Positions 9,171-22,174 are shown, counted from the first letter of the stretch. The stretch: 64,000 nt of DNA from Candidatus Daviesbacteria bacterium (GCA_016186955.1 JACPKP010000007.1:1962-65961), one strand, 5' to 3'. Notes: generated from the letters alone by a model not told the origin. A program made the numbers and translations.

Positions 9171-12100
9171 ATGTTTGAAAAAAACATTATCCAAAAAGGC
9201 CTGTCTATCCGGCAGGCAGGCATAGCCCATCTGATGCTGCTAATTGCTGTGGTAGGGCTGGTGGCATTCCTGCTCATCTCCAACACTTTTGATTTTAAGA
9301 ATAAGATTTTCAATGCCCTGTTCCCAAAACCTGCTTCAAAAGCAGCTGAAAATTTAGATACGACTAAAATTATTTCAAATGAGCTTTTAGTAAAATTAAA
9401 ACCTGAAATAGCAAATGTTTTAAAAGGTAAAGTGGAAACTGCAGCACTTACAGAAACTGGAATAGCCTCATTTGATGAATCTTTGAAGAAAGCAAAAGTT
9501 AAGAAAATTGAGTTTGTATCTAAAAAGTCTAAAGTTAATAAAGGTAAAAGAGTTCAAAACCCTAATTTCAGCAGTGACCATGTTGATAGATGGTTTAAAT
9601 TAACTCTAGCAAACCCTCAAGAAAAGTTGTCTGTTGATGGAATTATACTGGATTCAGATCCAAAGTTAAATAACAGTCAACTTAATGCTAGTGTTCAAAG
9701 TCCATCAACATCTCGAAGCAATAGATTGTTTAACCTGAAACCTAAACCAACAAGTGAGTCGAGTTTTCAGCTAAAGGATCGTTCTATTCCCGAGCCAACA
9801 TTAGAGGCTAATAAAAATCTTGGATATGGATTATTAGCTGATTCGATGAAAGAGTTAAAGAAAAATTCTCAGATTGAAGTGGTGGAACCGAATTACATCT
9901 ATCATAAGTTCGAAGTGACCACGAATGATTTTTATTTTAATTCACCATTAAATGAACTTTGGGATTTAAAAAGAATTAATATTTCAAAAGCTTGGGATTT
10001 AACAATGGGGAGTAAGTCAACAGTGGTAGCTGTAGTTGATTCGGGTATTGATTATACACATCCTGATCTTTTGGATAATATATGGATTAATCCAGGTGAA
10101 AGTGGTGGTAAAGAGAATAATGGCATAGACGATGATAGCAACGGTTTTATAGATGATTATAGGGGATATGATTTTGTTACAATTGATCCAAGAAAAGAAG
10201 ATGTTTTAGATACTACTGATAATGATCCTATGGATGAGTTAGGGCATGGTACTCATGTTGCTGGGATAATTGGGGCTTTAGGAAATAATGATCCTGATCA
10301 TTCAATAGACACCGGCAAGCGGATGGTAGGAGTAAGCAATATTAGTTTAATGGCGGTGAAAGGATTGAACGCTAATGGTGAAGGATTAATAAGTGATTTG
10401 GGCGCAGCTATAAGGTATGTAACGGATAATGGGGCTGATGTTATAAACATGAGTTGGGGGGGAATGGGGAAAAGCCAATTTTTGGATGATCAACTTCAGT
10501 ACAGCTACAACAGGGGCGTGGTTTTGATTGCAGCTGCAGGTAATAGTGCTATTAATGCAGCTTATTTTAGTCCCGCTAGTTCGTCATATGTTATTACTGT
10601 TGCGTCCTCTAATGACCAGGATTCTTATTCCTGTTTTTCCAACTTTGGTTTCAAAATAGACCTTTCTGCTCCAGGAGGCGATTCTTCAAGTTGTGGTGGG
10701 GGCGGAAAGAACATTCTTTCCACAATTTCTAAGACTCACAGCAGTTCATTTTCCATATATGGTTGTTGTTATGCAGTTGCAGCAGGTACATCTATGGCGA
10801 CACCCCATGTTGCTGGAACTGCAGCCTTGCTTTTGACGCTTCATCCTGACTGGACTCAGGAGATGGTCAGACAAGCTTTGAGAAAAGGTAGTGATGATAT
10901 CGGGCCTCCTGGTTTTGACCTTGATACAGGATATGGCAGGTTGGATGTATTCAAAACCTTAAGTTGGCAAAAACCGTTATCAGTTAAAATAACCTATCCT
11001 ACCGAAAGTACGCTTTTTTCAACAACTAATATTCAAATTTCAGGGATAGTCAGTGGTGAAAATTTAAGCAATTGGAAACTCGAATATGCTTCTTATTATG
11101 ATCAAAATAATTGGCAGCTTTTAAATAGCGCCACCGTACCTGTGAATTACGGGCTTTTAAAAGATTGGGATATAACATCTTTGCTTGATAAGCCTTATAT
11201 TTTGAAACTTACAGCAACAGATCAGTCAGGGATAATTTATGAAGATAGGGTTGCAGTGGTAATAAATCAATTGATTTTGGATGATCCACCGCTTGCATAC
11301 CCAGATAACCGGTTTAGGGATTTTGCAGTTTATAACATAGGGCAGAAAGTAGTTATCAAAGGCACTGCAGCTCAGGCTAACTTGAAAAATTATCAGGTTA
11401 AAATTTATAAAGCCAATACATACGCAGAGATTACAAACGTCAAGATAGCCTTAACAAATGACGGATTGCAAAAGGTAAGAAACGGCATTTTAGGAACATG
11501 GGATACGAGTGGTCTTGCTCAGGATATGTATATTGTTGAACTCAGGGCTAACTTATCCGACGGAAGTTACAGCGCATTAGGTGGGACAGTATTGTTGGAT
11601 AATTTTGTTCATTCAGGTTGGCCAAAAAAGATCTTTGATTATGAAGGTAGTAATTGGTATTTACCCTCGCCATATGGTCATTTAATCACTGAAGATATAG
11701 ACGGAGACGGAAAAAAAGATCTGCTGACCGCTTATGGCGACAAAGTGGTTATTTATAATGGTGATGGAGGGGTTTTATCCGGATGGCCACAAACAGTTGA
11801 TCCATTTAATAAATTTGAATCTATTATTAAAGGGCCTACGGTTGGAGATTTAGATAATGATGGTAAACCCGAAATAGTGGCAGCTGCAAATTCTGTATCC
11901 GTCGAGACGGGCACATTTTTATTAAATGATGCTTTAATCTTGATTTGGCGTTCTGATGGGACTCTTTTTCCTGGTTGGCCAAAAAGGATATCGGGGATTA
12001 AAAATCCTTTCATAGTATTGAGTGATGTCGATGACGATGGTCAACAGGATATAGTATTAGAAAGTAGTTCTGGTGTGAATGCGGATCCTGCAAGGATTAC

Positions 12101-14012
12101 TGTTTTAAGAAAAGATGGGAGTATTCTACCGGGTTGGCCAAGAGATATAGAGCAAAGCCAGCAATTCAAATTGTTAATTGACCCCGCTGTATCGGATTTA
12201 AACGGGGATGGTAAAAAGGAAATTATTATAGCAGATGATCGGGGGCCGAGTAACTTGTATATCCTTGATTATAAAGGAGGTGTTATAAGTGGGTGGCCTA
12301 AGCCTCTAAATCCATCGTTACCTAACAACACTTCCGGAATATTGCTGTCAAACTTTGTCATAGGAGATATTGATAACGACGGCAAACCTGAAATTGTAGC
12401 GGGTAATCACAGCGGAGTTATTACCGCCTATAAAATTGACGGATCAATTGTTCTTGGTTGGCCGGTAACTGTCAATCCGTCAGGGCATATATATCCTGTG
12501 GTAATAGGAGATTTAGATAATGATGGCAAGCCGGAAATTGTTGCAGGAACAAGCAAAAACTATCTTTATGTGTTTAGGGGTGACGGCACTCTTGTTCCAG
12601 GTTGGCCAAAGAACATAAGCGTAACTTATGGAGGTTCAGGTTTTGGTTACCCGGTTTTAGCAGATACAGATGGAGATGACCTACCCGAAATAATTGTTGT
12701 GAGCAGTATGGATTTAAGAAATCCCTTTCCTTTGCATGCTTATAAATTAAACGGACAAGAAGCAAGTGGTTTTCCGAAACCTCTTTTGACAGGAGATGAT
12801 TCTCGCCATAATAATTCTCCTGTTGTGGGTGATTTTGATGGGGACGGGTTTTTAGAATTGGCATTCATTGATGGGACTTTGAGGCTAAATGTTTGGGATC
12901 TAGTTGGACCGGTTAATTCCAACCAGCCTTGGCCAATGTTCATGCATGATCCTCAAAAAACTGGAGTTTCTATCAAGACTGCGGAATCATTGATAACTTC
13001 CTGTGCCCCTGCTAAAAATACAGTAGGCATTAATGAACCCGTAATATGGTCCGCCCAGGCCAGCGGTGGTACTGGTTCCTACCAATTCAGCTGGTCAGGG
13101 GCTGACGGGCTTACCGGCGCCAGCCAATCTGTTACTAAAAGCTATGCTTCTCCAGGCATAAAGAATGCATCAGTTGCAGTTTCTTCAGGGACACAGGCAA
13201 AAACTGCAAATTGTGTGGTAACAGTAGCAGATAACATTCCGCCTGCAGTTTCAATTACATTCCCTGGCAATAACCAGACTGTACTTAGAACCTTCAATCT
13301 TACAGCTAATGCATCTGATAATGTGGCAGTGGCAGGAGTCCAGTTTAAAATGGATGGAGTAAACTTAGGTCCAGAAGATACAACTGCCCCCTATTCAGCT
13401 TCCTGGAATACCAAACTTGCTGCCAATGCAGTGCATACTTTAACTGCAGTTGCCAGGGATAGTTCTGGAAATACCACCACCAGTTCTTCTGTGACAGTCA
13501 CTGTAGATAACTCATATAACAGGGCATTTATCACAAAATCTACCTTCAATGGTAGTTTAGGAGGGTTGTCTGGCGGTGATTCAAAATGTCAGCAGGCTGT
13601 AAACTCCCTTACTTTTGGGGGCACATTTAAAGCCTGGTTGTCTGATTCAGTAACTTCTGTATCTTCGAGACTAAATCAGAGCAGTTTGTCATATAAACTT
13701 CTTAATCCAACTGCAGTAGGTGGTGGTACAATAATTGCCAATAACTGGACAGACTTAGTTGATGGGACACTGCTTGCCCCTATCAACATAGATGAAACAG
13801 GAAATACTGTTGCAGCAGGCAGAGTTGTCTGGACTAATACTAACCCTTCAGGTGGCATTGACTCCACATCCAACAACTGCAGTAACTTTTCTTCCTCCAA
13901 CTTTTCTTACAAATCAGGTATTGGTAAAAATGACCAGATAAAGAGTGGTTGGACAACAGGCGCTAACCAGTCCTGTGACCAGCAAGCCTCCCTTTATTGC
14001 TTTGAGCAATAA
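9171..14012 (+). CDS. giant secreted S8 subtilisin-like serine peptidase fused to FG-GAP beta-propeller and Ig-like domains
   Basis: N-terminal TM/signal. Catalytic triad motifs VVAVVDSGID (Asp), HGTHVAGII (His), GTSMATPHVAG (Ser). Eight DxDxDGxxE FG-GAP-like repeats alternate with (P/S)GWP motifs. The C-terminal part is Ig-like and Cys-containing. Confidence 0.8.
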   Translation: MFEKNIIQKGLSIRQAGIAHLMLLIAVVGLVAFLLISNTFDFKNKIFNALFPKPASKAAENLDTTKIISNELLVKLKPEIANVLKGKVETAALTETGIASFDESLKKAKVKKIEFVSKKSKVNKGKRVQNPNFSSDHVDRWFKLTLANPQEKLSVDGIILDSDPKLNNSQLNASVQSPSTSRSNRLFNLKPKPTSESSFQLKDRSIPEPTLEANKNLGYGLLADSMKELKKNSQIEVVEPNYIYHKFEVTTNDFYFNSPLNELWDLKRINISKAWDLTMGSKSTVVAVVDSGIDYTHPDLLDNIWINPGESGGKENNGIDDDSNGFIDDYRGYDFVTIDPRKEDVLDTTDNDPMDELGHGTHVAGIIGALGNNDPDHSIDTGKRMVGVSNISLMAVKGLNANGEGLISDLGAAIRYVTDNGADVINMSWGGMGKSQFLDDQLQYSYNRGVVLIAAAGNSAINAAYFSPASSSYVITVASSNDQDSYSCFSNFGFKIDLSAPGGDSSSCGGGGKNILSTISKTHSSSFSIYGCCYAVAAGTSMATPHVAGTAALLLTLHPDWTQEMVRQALRKGSDDIGPPGFDLDTGYGRLDVFKTLSWQKPLSVKITYPTESTLFSTTNIQISGIVSGENLSNWKLEYASYYDQNNWQLLNSATVPVNYGLLKDWDITSLLDKPYILKLTATDQSGIIYEDRVAVVINQLILDDPPLAYPDNRFRDFAVYNIGQKVVIKGTAAQANLKNYQVKIYKANTYAEITNVKIALTNDGLQKVRNGILGTWDTSGLAQDMYIVELRANLSDGSYSALGGTVLLDNFVHSGWPKKIFDYEGSNWYLPSPYGHLITEDIDGDGKKDLLTAYGDKVVIYNGDGGVLSGWPQTVDPFNKFESIIKGPTVGDLDNDGKPEIVAAANSVSVETGTFLLNDALILIWRSDGTLFPGWPKRISGIKNPFIVLSDVDDDGQQDIVLESSSGVNADPARITVLRKDGSILPGWPRDIEQSQQFKLLIDPAVSDLNGDGKKEIIIADDRGPSNLYILDYKGGVISGWPKPLNPSLPNNTSGILLSNFVIGDIDNDGKPEIVAGNHSGVITAYKIDGSIVLGWPVTVNPSGHIYPVVIGDLDNDGKPEIVAGTSKNYLYVFRGDGTLVPGWPKNISVTYGGSGFGYPVLADTDGDDLPEIIVVSSMDLRNPFPLHAYKLNGQEASGFPKPLLTGDDSRHNNSPVVGDFDGDGFLELAFIDGTLRLNVWDLVGPVNSNQPWPMFMHDPQKTGVSIKTAESLITSCAPAKNTVGINEPVIWSAQASGGTGSYQFSWSGADGLTGASQSVTKSYASPGIKNASVAVSSGTQAKTANCVVTVADNIPPAVSITFPGNNQTVLRTFNLTANASDNVAVAGVQFKMDGVNLGPEDTTAPYSASWNTKLAANAVHTLTAVARDSSGNTTTSSSVTVTVDNSYNRAFITKSTFNGSLGGLSGGDSKCQQAVNSLTFGGTFKAWLSDSVTSVSSRLNQSSLSYKLLNPTAVGGGTIIANNWTDLVDGTLLAPINIDETGNTVAAGRVVWTNTNPSGGIDSTSNNCSNFSSSNFSYKSGIGKNDQIKSGWTTGANQSCDQQASLYCFEQ

Positions 14013-14036
14013 CCGGAAATTAAATTAAACTAGGGG

Positions 14037-14066
14037 TTGACAGGGCGCTAAGTTTTGTGGTATCTT
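14037..14066 (+). promoter_or_regulatory. candidate promoter (TTGACA-18-TATCTT) upstream of rpoB
   Basis: Hexamers in the 96-nt gap between the protease gene and rpoB. Confidence 0.3.
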
Positions 14067-14150
14067 TACATTAATTCAATCATTTCTAAATAAGTAGGCG
14101 TACCAGAGGTGTATGCTTATTTTTTTGTGTTGCATAGGTATTATTTTTTT

Positions 14151-17100
14151 ATGCAAGCCGCAAAAGCCAGCAATATTAATAATAGGCTGTATTGGGGGAA
14201 AAGAAGCTCTATAGCGGAGCTTAAAAAACTTGATCTTACCAGGCTCCAAAAACAATCCTACGAACTTTTTTTAAACTCCGGCATCGGACAGCTTTTAAAT
14301 GAAATATCACCTGTTGCAGATTTCACCGGAAAAAACTGGAGACTTGAATTCGGCGAATACTTTTTCGGTAAAAGCAGGTTTTCACCTGAGCAGTGCATGA
14401 TTAAAGGGGTTTCTTTTGATGCCCCGCTCCGGGTTAAAGTGGTCCTGACCAACCTCCAGACAAATGAAACATACAAACAGGAGGCTTTTTTGGGTGATAT
14501 CCCCCAGATGACGGAAAAAGGCACCTTTATTATTAATGGTGTTGAAAGGGTGATAGTCAACCAGATTGTCCGTTCCCCAGGGGTTTTTTTCTCAGCCATA
14601 GAAGATCCTATCACAGGCAGGAAGCTGTTTGGCGCTGAGCTGCGCCCTTCCCATGGTTCCTGGCTGGAATTTTCAATCTCCCGCTCTGATGTGTTAACAG
14701 TCAAAATCGACCGGAGAAGAAAATTTGCAGCAACCACTCTGCTTAGGGCGCTTGGGTTTACTGACGGCCAGATCAGGGATAGGTTTTCATCAGCAGACCA
14801 AAACAGCGACCACCGCTACATTGAATCAACCCTGGCCAAAGACATGACTAAAGACGAGAATGAAGCTCTGCTGGAAATCTTCCGCAAGATGAGGCCCGGC
14901 GACCCGGTAGTTTTAGAAACTGCACGGACACTTTTGGAAAATATGTTTTTTAATGCCCGCCGGTATAACCTGACCAGGGTGGGCAGGTTTAAAATCAATA
15001 AAAGGTTAGGTTTAAATATCCCCAATACACCGGAAAACTGGACCCTGACTAAAGAAGATATAGTTGAAACCCTAATATACTTGATCGGGTTAGCAAACGG
15101 TGCGGGGAAAGTTGACGATATTGACCATTTATCCAACAGGAGGGTGAGGATGGTTGGGGAGCTGGTGGCCCAGAATGCTTTTTGGGTCGGCCTGCAAAGG
15201 TTGGAGAGGGTAATCAGGGAAAGGATGAGCCTGCTTTCGGCTGACCAGGAGATTACTGCTTCGGGTCTGGTCAACGCCAGGCCGGTTATTGCCGCCATTA
15301 ATGAATTTTTCCGCTCTTCGCAATTGTCTCAGATACTTGACCAGATCAACCCTTTATCGGAAGTGGACCATTTAAGAAGGCTTTCCGTAACAGGCACAGG
15401 GGGTATCTCCAGGGATAGGGCCAGTTTTTCCATCCGTGATATTAACCATTCCCAATACGGCAGGATTGACCCTGTCCGTTCCCCTGAAGGGCAAAATATC
15501 GGGCTGGTTACTTATCTTGCGCTCTATGCCAGGATTAATGAGTATGGTTTTTTAGAGACACCATACAGGAAGGTGGTTTTACAGGGGAACAAGCCGAAAA
15601 TCACTGATGAAATAGTTTATTTAACAGCAGACGATGAGGAGAACTTGTATATTACCGAAGCAACTATTGAAATCAGCAATGACGGATATATTACCCAAAA
15701 AAGAGTGCCTGTGCGTTTCGGCGGTAACTTTTTTGAAACAGACAACAAAATGGTTAATTTAATTGATGTATCTCCGCAGCAGATAGTCGGGACTTCGGCA
15801 TCGCTGATCCCCTTTTTGGCCCATGATGATGCCAACAGGGCCTTGATGGGTACCCATATGCAGTGCCAGGCAGTGCCCCTGCTTTTACCGCAATCCCCCA
15901 TGGTTGGGACAGGTATGGAGGAGATTATAGCCGATAATATGGCCAGGGTTGTCAGGGCAGGTTTTGATGGGACGATAACTTATGTTGATGGGGAAAAACT
16001 GGTGCTTGAGGGAAAAGGTAAAAAAGAGGAGCTTAAAATTGAGAAGTTTGTCAATTCCCCGGCTATGACCTGTTACTCCCAACGCCCGGCTGTTTTTTTG
16101 GGCCAAAAGGTCAAAACAGGTGACCTGCTTATTGAGGGTGTATCAACTCAGGGAGGAGAGTTGGCTTTGGGACAAAATTTAATGATAGCATATATGAGCT
16201 ATGACGGTTTAGAATACGAAGACGCGATCATCATCTCTGATCGGCTTGTCAAAGAAGACCTTTTAACCAGTATCCATATTGAAGAATATTCCACAGATGT
16301 GGTTGAGACGAAACTCGGGCCGGATGAGGTCACAAGCGATATACCAAATGTTTCGGAAGATAACCTGGCCAACCTTGATGCCGGAGGTGTTGTCAGGATT
16401 GGCGCAGAGGTGGGCCCGGGGGATATATTAGTCGGTAAAGTCCAGCCTAAAGGTGAAACTGAGCTGACTGCAGAGGAGAGGTTGCTGCGGGCAATATTCG
16501 GGGAAAAAGCCAAAGAAGTCAGGGATACATCTTTGAGGATGCCCCATGGTGAAAAAGGCATTGTTATCGGGATACAGATCTTATCCAGGGAGGCAGGGGA
16601 TGATTTGGGGGCAGGGGTGCTGCAGAGGATTAAAGTTAAAGTTGCCCAGTATAGGAAAGTTTCCGCAGGTGACAAATTAGCAGGCAGGCATGGCAATAAA
16701 GGGGTTATTTCTAAAGTAGTGCCTGAGTATGATATGCCGCGTCTTGAAGACGGCACCCCGGTTGATATTATTATCCGCCCGGCAGCTATTTTAAACAGGA
16801 TGAATTTGGGGCAGCTTTTGGAAGCGCATTTTGGTTTTGCTGCCAAAAAACTGGGTTATAAAATCGCTGCGCCGGTATTTGAAAAAATTCCCGAGGAGAT
16901 ACTCACAGAAGAGCTCAAAAAAGCAAAACTTCCTGTTTCAGGCAAAAGCCGCCTGATTGACGGAAGAACAGGGGATTACTTCTACCAAGACGTGACTGTG
17001 GGGTATGCATATTTCCTGAAATTGATACATATGGTTGAGGATAAAACCCACGCACGCTCTACCGGTCCTTATTCCCTGGTTACACAACAGCCTTTAGGCG

Positions 17101-17540
17101 GGAAAGCGCAAATGGGAGGCCAAAGGTTGGGGGAGATGGAGGTTTGGGCGCTTGAAGCATACGGCGCTGCAAATATATTACAGGAAATGTTGACTATCAA
17201 ATCTGATGATGTAGTCGGAAGGGCCAAAGCATTTGAGGCGATAGTCAAAGGGACAGAGATCCCGCAGGCTTTGATACCGGAGTCATTTAAGGTTTTGGGC
17301 AAAGAATTGCAGAGCCTGGCTGTATCGGTAGAGCCTCAGGGTGTGCAGATTGTCAGCGCTCCAGCTGTTGTGGGTTTGGATGATTCAGCTGCCGCAAGTG
17401 ATGATACCAAGCTAAAGGAAAAGAAAGAGTTGGAAGAGTTCAAAGAGGCGCTTGAAGTCACTGATGTTGGGGATGTTGCTGAATTGGAGAGTGAATCAAG
17501 CCCGATGGAGATTGTTGATGTTCCCAAAACATATGAATGA
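14151..17540 (+). CDS. rpoB: DNA-directed RNA polymerase subunit beta
   Basis: Full-length RpoB hallmarks ([25 protein letters not shown] etc.). The likely start is the ATG at 14151 rather than the ORF-track 14109. Confidence 0.95.
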   Translation: MQAAKASNINNRLYWGKRSSIAELKKLDLTRLQKQSYELFLNSGIGQLLNEISPVADFTGKNWRLEFGEYFFGKSRFSPEQCMIKGVSFDAPLRVKVVLTNLQTNETYKQEAFLGDIPQMTEKGTFIINGVERVIVNQIVRSPGVFFSAIEDPITGRKLFGAELRPSHGSWLEFSISRSDVLTVKIDRRRKFAATTLLRALGFTDGQIRDRFSSADQNSDHRYIESTLAKDMTKDENEALLEIFRKMRPGDPVVLETARTLLENMFFNARRYNLTRVGRFKINKRLGLNIPNTPENWTLTKEDIVETLIYLIGLANGAGKVDDIDHLSNRRVRMVGELVAQNAFWVGLQRLERVIRERMSLLSADQEITASGLVNARPVIAAINEFFRSSQLSQILDQINPLSEVDHLRRLSVTGTGGISRDRASFSIRDINHSQYGRIDPVRSPEGQNIGLVTYLALYARINEYGFLETPYRKVVLQGNKPKITDEIVYLTADDEENLYITEATIEISNDGYITQKRVPVRFGGNFFETDNKMVNLIDVSPQQIVGTSASLIPFLAHDDANRALMGTHMQCQAVPLLLPQSPMVGTGMEEIIADNMARVVRAGFDGTITYVDGEKLVLEGKGKKEELKIEKFVNSPAMTCYSQRPAVFLGQKVKTGDLLIEGVSTQGGELALGQNLMIAYMSYDGLEYEDAIIISDRLVKEDLLTSIHIEEYSTDVVETKLGPDEVTSDIPNVSEDNLANLDAGGVVRIGAEVGPGDILVGKVQPKGETELTAEERLLRAIFGEKAKEVRDTSLRMPHGEKGIVIGIQILSREAGDDLGAGVLQRIKVKVAQYRKVSAGDKLAGRHGNKGVISKVVPEYDMPRLEDGTPVDIIIRPAAILNRMNLGQLLEAHFGFAAKKLGYKIAAPVFEKIPEEILTEELKKAKLPVSGKSRLIDGRTGDYFYQDVTVGYAYFLKLIHMVEDKTHARSTGPYSLVTQQPLGGKAQMGGQRLGEMEVWALEAYGAANILQEMLTIKSDDVVGRAKAFEAIVKGTEIPQALIPESFKVLGKELQSLAVSVEPQGVQIVSAPAVVGLDDSAAASDDTKLKEKKELEEFKEALEVTDVGDVAELESESSPMEIVDVPKTYE

Positions 17541-20500
17541 CCTACTTGATTTTGAAAGCTTAAAAGTATCAATTGCCAGCCCTGAGGTAATCAGGGGGTG
17601 GTCTTTTGGTGAAGTTACAAAACCTGAGACTATCAATTACCGTACCTTAAAGGCTGAGAAAGATGGGCTTTTCTCGGAAAATATTTTTGGGCCTACCAAA
17701 GATTTTGAATGTTATTGCGGTAAGTACAAGAGGATCCGTTACAGGGGTGTAATCTGTGATAAGTGCGGGGTTGAGGTAACGCAGTCAAAGGTTAGGCGGG
17801 AGAGGATGGGTCATATCTCCCTTGCTACCCCTGTTGCACACATATGGTTTGTCAAAGGTGCTCCTTCCAAAATCTCACTGGTTTTGGACCTGACAATGAA
17901 AAACCTGGAGTCAGTGATATATTTTGCATCATATATGGTGGTGGAAATTGACAGTGAAGGGAAACAGCAAGCTTTAGAACATTTGGCTAGTCAACTCGCG
18001 GACAAGAAAGCGCTGACAGTCCAAAACCTGGACAGGGCTATTGGTGAGGTAGAGAAAAATCTTGAGCAAATCCTGAAGGAATTAAAAAAGAAACTGAAAG
18101 AGCATGAAAAATTTGAATTGGCTGCTTCTGAAGAAGAATTAAAGACCCGCCAGTTTGTTGCAAGCCTAAGGGATGGCAACCAAGTTGAGTTGGGCCAGTT
18201 GGAAGGTATATACAAGGTTGTTACTGATTTGACAAACAGCATTGTACCTCTCAGGCTTCTTTCTGAAGATGAGTATTATAAACTGCAGGAGTATGGCGTA
18301 GCTGATTTTCTCAAAGTGGGTATGGGCGCAGAGGTCCTTTTGGAGGTTTTACAAAGAATTGACCTTGATAAACTGGCTGCTGAATTGAGGATAGAAGTCC
18401 AAAAATCTTCAGGGCAACGCCATATTAAAGCTACAAAAAGGCTGCGTTTAGTTGAAGGGATGCGCAAATCTAAAATCAGCCCTGCATGGATGGTGTTGAC
18501 AGTTTTGCCTGTATTACCGCCTGACCTGCGGCCTATGGTGCAGCTCCCGGGGGGCAGGTTTGCAACAAGTGATTTAAATGACCTGTACAGACGGGTTATC
18601 AACAGGAATAACAGGTTAAAAAGGTTGATTGAGCTGGGCGCTCCCGAAATTATTTTAAGGAATGAAAAACGGATGCTGCAGGAGGCCGTTGATTCTTTGA
18701 TTGACACCAATACCAGGACAACCAGGAGGATTGGAGGCCACCAGTTGCGTTCCCTCTCTGATATGTTGCGCGGTAAACAAGGCAGGTTCAGGCAAAACTT
18801 ATTGGGTAAAAGGGTTGATTACTCCGGCAGGTCAGTTATTATTGTCGGGCCTAAACTTAAACTTCATCAGGTGGGTGTGCCAAAAGAGATGGCGCTTGAG
18901 GTGTTTAAACCGTTTGTTTTAAGGGAGTTGATCTCGCGCGGTCTGGCATCAAATGTGAAAGGTGCAAAAAATATCCTGGAATTTAGGCCGCCGGAAGTTT
19001 GGGATATCCTGGAAGAAGTTATTGAAAACCACCCGGTGCTCATTAACAGGGCCCCTACACTTCACAGGCTTGGGATACAGGCATTTTACCCGGTATTGAC
19101 AGACGGTGATGCAATCCAGATCCACCCGTGTATTTGTGCAGGGTTTAATGCAGATTTTGACGGGGATCAGATGGCCATACATGTGCCGTTATCTGAAAAA
19201 GCCAAAGCTGAAGCCAGGGAGCTGATGATGGCTAAAGAAAATATCTTAAAACCGGGTGACAGCTCGCCTGTCAATATGCCGAACAAAGAGATGGCGCTTG
19301 GTTGTTTCTACATAACTTCGATAGATAAAAAACTGGAGCCATCCGAAAAAATTTACTCCGAGCAGGAAGCGTTGCTGGCCTACCAGACCAATAAATTGCA
19401 GGCAAGAAGGCTGATAAAATGTTATATCCAGGACAAATTGTTAGAGACTACTGTCGGCAGGATTTTATTTAACAAATTTTTGCCCAAAGAGCTGCAATTT
19501 CTTAATGAAAACATATCGCAAGCCTGGATTGTCAAAATTATTATGAAAGCTTTCAAAACTTTTGAGAAATCTGAAATCGCCAAACTGATTGATGACATTA
19601 AAGATTTTGGTTTTTGGGGGGTAACTATTTCAGGACTATCGCTGGCTATTTCAGATAATAAAATTATCCCTGAAAAACCTAAGCTGATCGCTCAGGGGGA
19701 TCAAGAGATTGCGGAGATTGAAAATAACCTGGCAAAAGGACTCATTACAAATGAAGAAAGACGGGCCTTAGCCCAAGAGGTTTGGACTAGGATTGGTGAG
19801 GAGATAGTCAGGGGGACATTTGCCTCGATAGATGCTGATAGCCCGATCCAGATTATTATGCAGTCAGGGGGAGCCAGGGCTACTACTGCCCAAATTGCCC
19901 AGACCTCAGGCATGAGAGGGTTTTCGGTTGACCCAACCGGAAAGATTGTAGAGCTTCCTACGAAATCCAATTACAGGGAAGGGTTAGGTGTATTTGAATA
20001 CTTTACTTCCTGCAGGGGCGCCAGAAAAGGTGTTGCAGATAGGGCTATCAGGACTGCAGATGCAGGGTATTTGACCAGAAGACTGGTTGATGTTTCCCAC
20101 GATGTAATTATCAGGATCGAAGAATGCGGTACAGACCAGGGGATAAGTCTTGAAGTTTCAAAAGAGAATATCCCATCAAACAATTCAAGATTTTTAGGCA
20201 GGAAGACTCTAAACAAGGTAGTCGATCCCAAAACAAAGAAAACAATTATTGGAAGTGATTCCTACATTGAAGAGAATGAGGTTGTTGAGCTTTTTAAAAG
20301 CAATGTGGCAGAGGTGACTATCCGTTCTCCCCTGACATGCAAGGCTAAAATTGGACTTTGTTCAAACTGTTACGGGTTAGATCTATCAAGCAGGAAGCCG
20401 GTCCAGTTGGGGACTCCGGTTGGTGTAGTTGCAGCCCAAGCTATAGGTGAACCGGGCACCCAGTTGACGATGCGGACTTTTCATACCGGTGGAGTTGTCG

Positions 20501-21213
20501 GAGTGGATATAACCCAAGGATTGCCAAGGATAGAAGAGTTATTTGAAGCGAGAAGCCCCAAAGTTGCAAGCCCGGTTTCCGAGATCGCCGGAAAGATAAC
20601 TCTGGTTGATTCAGACCAGGGCAGGATTGTACGGGTGAGAACCACATCCAAGCCTCATGAAGAACGCGAATATAATATTCCCCCTTCAGCAGAGTTATTG
20701 GTTGAAGATGGTAATTTGGTAGCAGCCGGCAGCCCGCTGGCATCAGGGCATCTGGAAATTAATGAGGTTTTAAGAGTGAGGGGTTTGAGGGAGGCGCAAA
20801 GGTATATAGTGGGCCAGGCAAGGGAGGTGTATGAGTCGCAAGGGGTGCACATCCATGAGAAACACTTTGAGGTGATTGTACGCAAGATGTCTGACAAAGT
20901 TAGGATTGAATCCCAGGGTGATGCTGTGCTTTTGCCTGGAGAGATTGTAGATAGGAACAGGTTTGAGGATGAAAATACCAGGGTGCTGGCTGAAGGCGGG
21001 GAACCTGCTACAGCAGGGGTTATAATCTTGGGGATTACCAGGTCCTCGCTTCAGACAGAGAGTTTTCTTTCTGCAGCCTCATTTCAGGAAACCACTACTG
21101 TTTTGGCAGATGCTGCATCATCCGGTAAGGTGGACAAGTTGCTTGGGCTCAAAGAAAATGTTATCATTGGACGATTAATACCAACTAGCCCCGAACGGGC
21201 GAAGATGGAGTAA
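17533..21213 (+). CDS. rpoC: DNA-directed RNA polymerase subunit beta'
   Basis: Zn-finger [35 protein letters not shown] catalytic motif, trigger loop. The ATG at 17533 overlaps the rpoB stop (ATGAATGA). Confidence 0.95.
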   Translation: MNDLLDFESLKVSIASPEVIRGWSFGEVTKPETINYRTLKAEKDGLFSENIFGPTKDFECYCGKYKRIRYRGVICDKCGVEVTQSKVRRERMGHISLATPVAHIWFVKGAPSKISLVLDLTMKNLESVIYFASYMVVEIDSEGKQQALEHLASQLADKKALTVQNLDRAIGEVEKNLEQILKELKKKLKEHEKFELAASEEELKTRQFVASLRDGNQVELGQLEGIYKVVTDLTNSIVPLRLLSEDEYYKLQEYGVADFLKVGMGAEVLLEVLQRIDLDKLAAELRIEVQKSSGQRHIKATKRLRLVEGMRKSKISPAWMVLTVLPVLPPDLRPMVQLPGGRFATSDLNDLYRRVINRNNRLKRLIELGAPEIILRNEKRMLQEAVDSLIDTNTRTTRRIGGHQLRSLSDMLRGKQGRFRQNLLGKRVDYSGRSVIIVGPKLKLHQVGVPKEMALEVFKPFVLRELISRGLASNVKGAKNILEFRPPEVWDILEEVIENHPVLINRAPTLHRLGIQAFYPVLTDGDAIQIHPCICAGFNADFDGDQMAIHVPLSEKAKAEARELMMAKENILKPGDSSPVNMPNKEMALGCFYITSIDKKLEPSEKIYSEQEALLAYQTNKLQARRLIKCYIQDKLLETTVGRILFNKFLPKELQFLNENISQAWIVKIIMKAFKTFEKSEIAKLIDDIKDFGFWGVTISGLSLAISDNKIIPEKPKLIAQGDQEIAEIENNLAKGLITNEERRALAQEVWTRIGEEIVRGTFASIDADSPIQIIMQSGGARATTAQIAQTSGMRGFSVDPTGKIVELPTKSNYREGLGVFEYFTSCRGARKGVADRAIRTADAGYLTRRLVDVSHDVIIRIEECGTDQGISLEVSKENIPSNNSRFLGRKTLNKVVDPKTKKTIIGSDSYIEENEVVELFKSNVAEVTIRSPLTCKAKIGLCSNCYGLDLSSRKPVQLGTPVGVVAAQAIGEPGTQLTMRTFHTGGVVGVDITQGLPRIEELFEARSPKVASPVSEIAGKITLVDSDQGRIVRVRTTSKPHEEREYNIPPSAELLVEDGNLVAAGSPLASGHLEINEVLRVRGLREAQRYIVGQAREVYESQGVHIHEKHFEVIVRKMSDKVRIESQGDAVLLPGEIVDRNRFEDENTRVLAEGGEPATAGVIILGITRSSLQTESFLSAASFQETTTVLADAASSGKVDKLLGLKENVIIGRLIPTSPERAKME

Positions 21214-21215
21214 AT

Positions 21216-21689
21216 ATGCCGACAATTAACCAATTAGTCAGAAAAGGGCGGAAAAGCAAGGCTAAGAAATTTAAAGCAACACTGCTGCGCCGTTCATATA
21301 ATGCTAAAGAGAGGAGATATACTTCCTCGCCAAATCCGCAAAAACGCGGGGTAGTTACTTTAGTGCGTACAATGACACCAAGAAAGCCAAATTCAGCCTT
21401 GCGTAAAGTTGCCAGAGTGAGGCTTTCAAACCGTGGGGAAGTCACAGCTTATATCCAGGGGATAGGGCATGATTTAGCTGAGCATGGGATTGTTTTGGTG
21501 CGGGGAGGCAGGGTTAAAGACCTTCCGGGTGTAAAATACCATTTGATCAGAGGGAAGCTTGACCTGGCAGGGGTTGCAGGCAGAAAAACATCAAGGAGCA
21601 AGTATGGTTCTAAAAAAGGCGGGGGTGGGGTAGCTGCGCCAAGAGCAGCAGCGCCTGCGCCGGCACCTGTAGCTGGAGGAGGAGCATAA
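21216..21689 (+). CDS. rpsL: 30S ribosomal protein S12 with Ala/Pro/Gly-rich C-terminal extension
   Basis: [12 protein letters not shown]...[13 protein letters not shown]; ~30 extra C-terminal residues. Confidence 0.9.
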   Translation: MPTINQLVRKGRKSKAKKFKATLLRRSYNAKERRYTSSPNPQKRGVVTLVRTMTPRKPNSALRKVARVRLSNRGEVTAYIQGIGHDLAEHGIVLVRGGRVKDLPGVKYHLIRGKLDLAGVAGRKTSRSKYGSKKGGGGVAAPRAAAPAPAPVAGGGA

Positions 21690-21699
21690 GATTACAATT

Positions 21700-22173
21700 A
21701 TGAGATCAGGAAAAATTACAAAGAGAAAATTAGCGCCAGACCCGGTATATAATTCAAAACTTGTCACCCGTTTTATCAACAGGGTGATGTTTGACGGAAA
21801 AAAAACAGTTGCCCAAAACCTGGTGTACAAAGCTTTAGAACAAATTGAAAAAAGCGGCAAAAACCCGGTGCAGACCTTTGAGACAGCTATTGCTAATATC
21901 TCCCCCAGGATGGAAGTCAGGCCCAGAAGGGTGGGGGGAGCTTCCTACCAGGTGCCAACTGAGGTGCGGGGTGACAGGAGGGAAGCTTTGGCAATACGAT
22001 GGTTGATCACAGCCGCCAAATCCCGTTCCAACAAGGAATTCCACACTTTCTCGGAAAAATTGGCTGCAGAATTTTTGGCAGCTGCTGAAAACCAGGGTGC
22101 AGCCATTAAGAAAAAAGAAGATATTTCCAGGATGGCTGAAGCTAACAAAGCTTTCGCTCATTTCAGATGGTAA
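21700..22173 (+). CDS. rpsG: 30S ribosomal protein S7
   Basis: Typical S7 sequence; directly follows rpsL. Confidence 0.9.
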   Translation: MRSGKITKRKLAPDPVYNSKLVTRFINRVMFDGKKTVAQNLVYKALEQIEKSGKNPVQTFETAIANISPRMEVRPRRVGGASYQVPTEVRGDRREALAIRWLITAAKSRSNKEFHTFSEKLAAEFLAAAENQGAAIKKKEDISRMAEANKAFAHFRW

Positions 22174-22174
22174 T

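Noticed and set aside
14258-21445. Numerous ORF-track reading frames antisense to or inside rpoB, rpoC, fusA, tuf, secY and r-protein genes
   Set aside because: They overlap long, clearly homologous genes on the opposite strand or in another frame, and have low-complexity or Ser/Pro-rich translations typical of spurious antisense ORFs.
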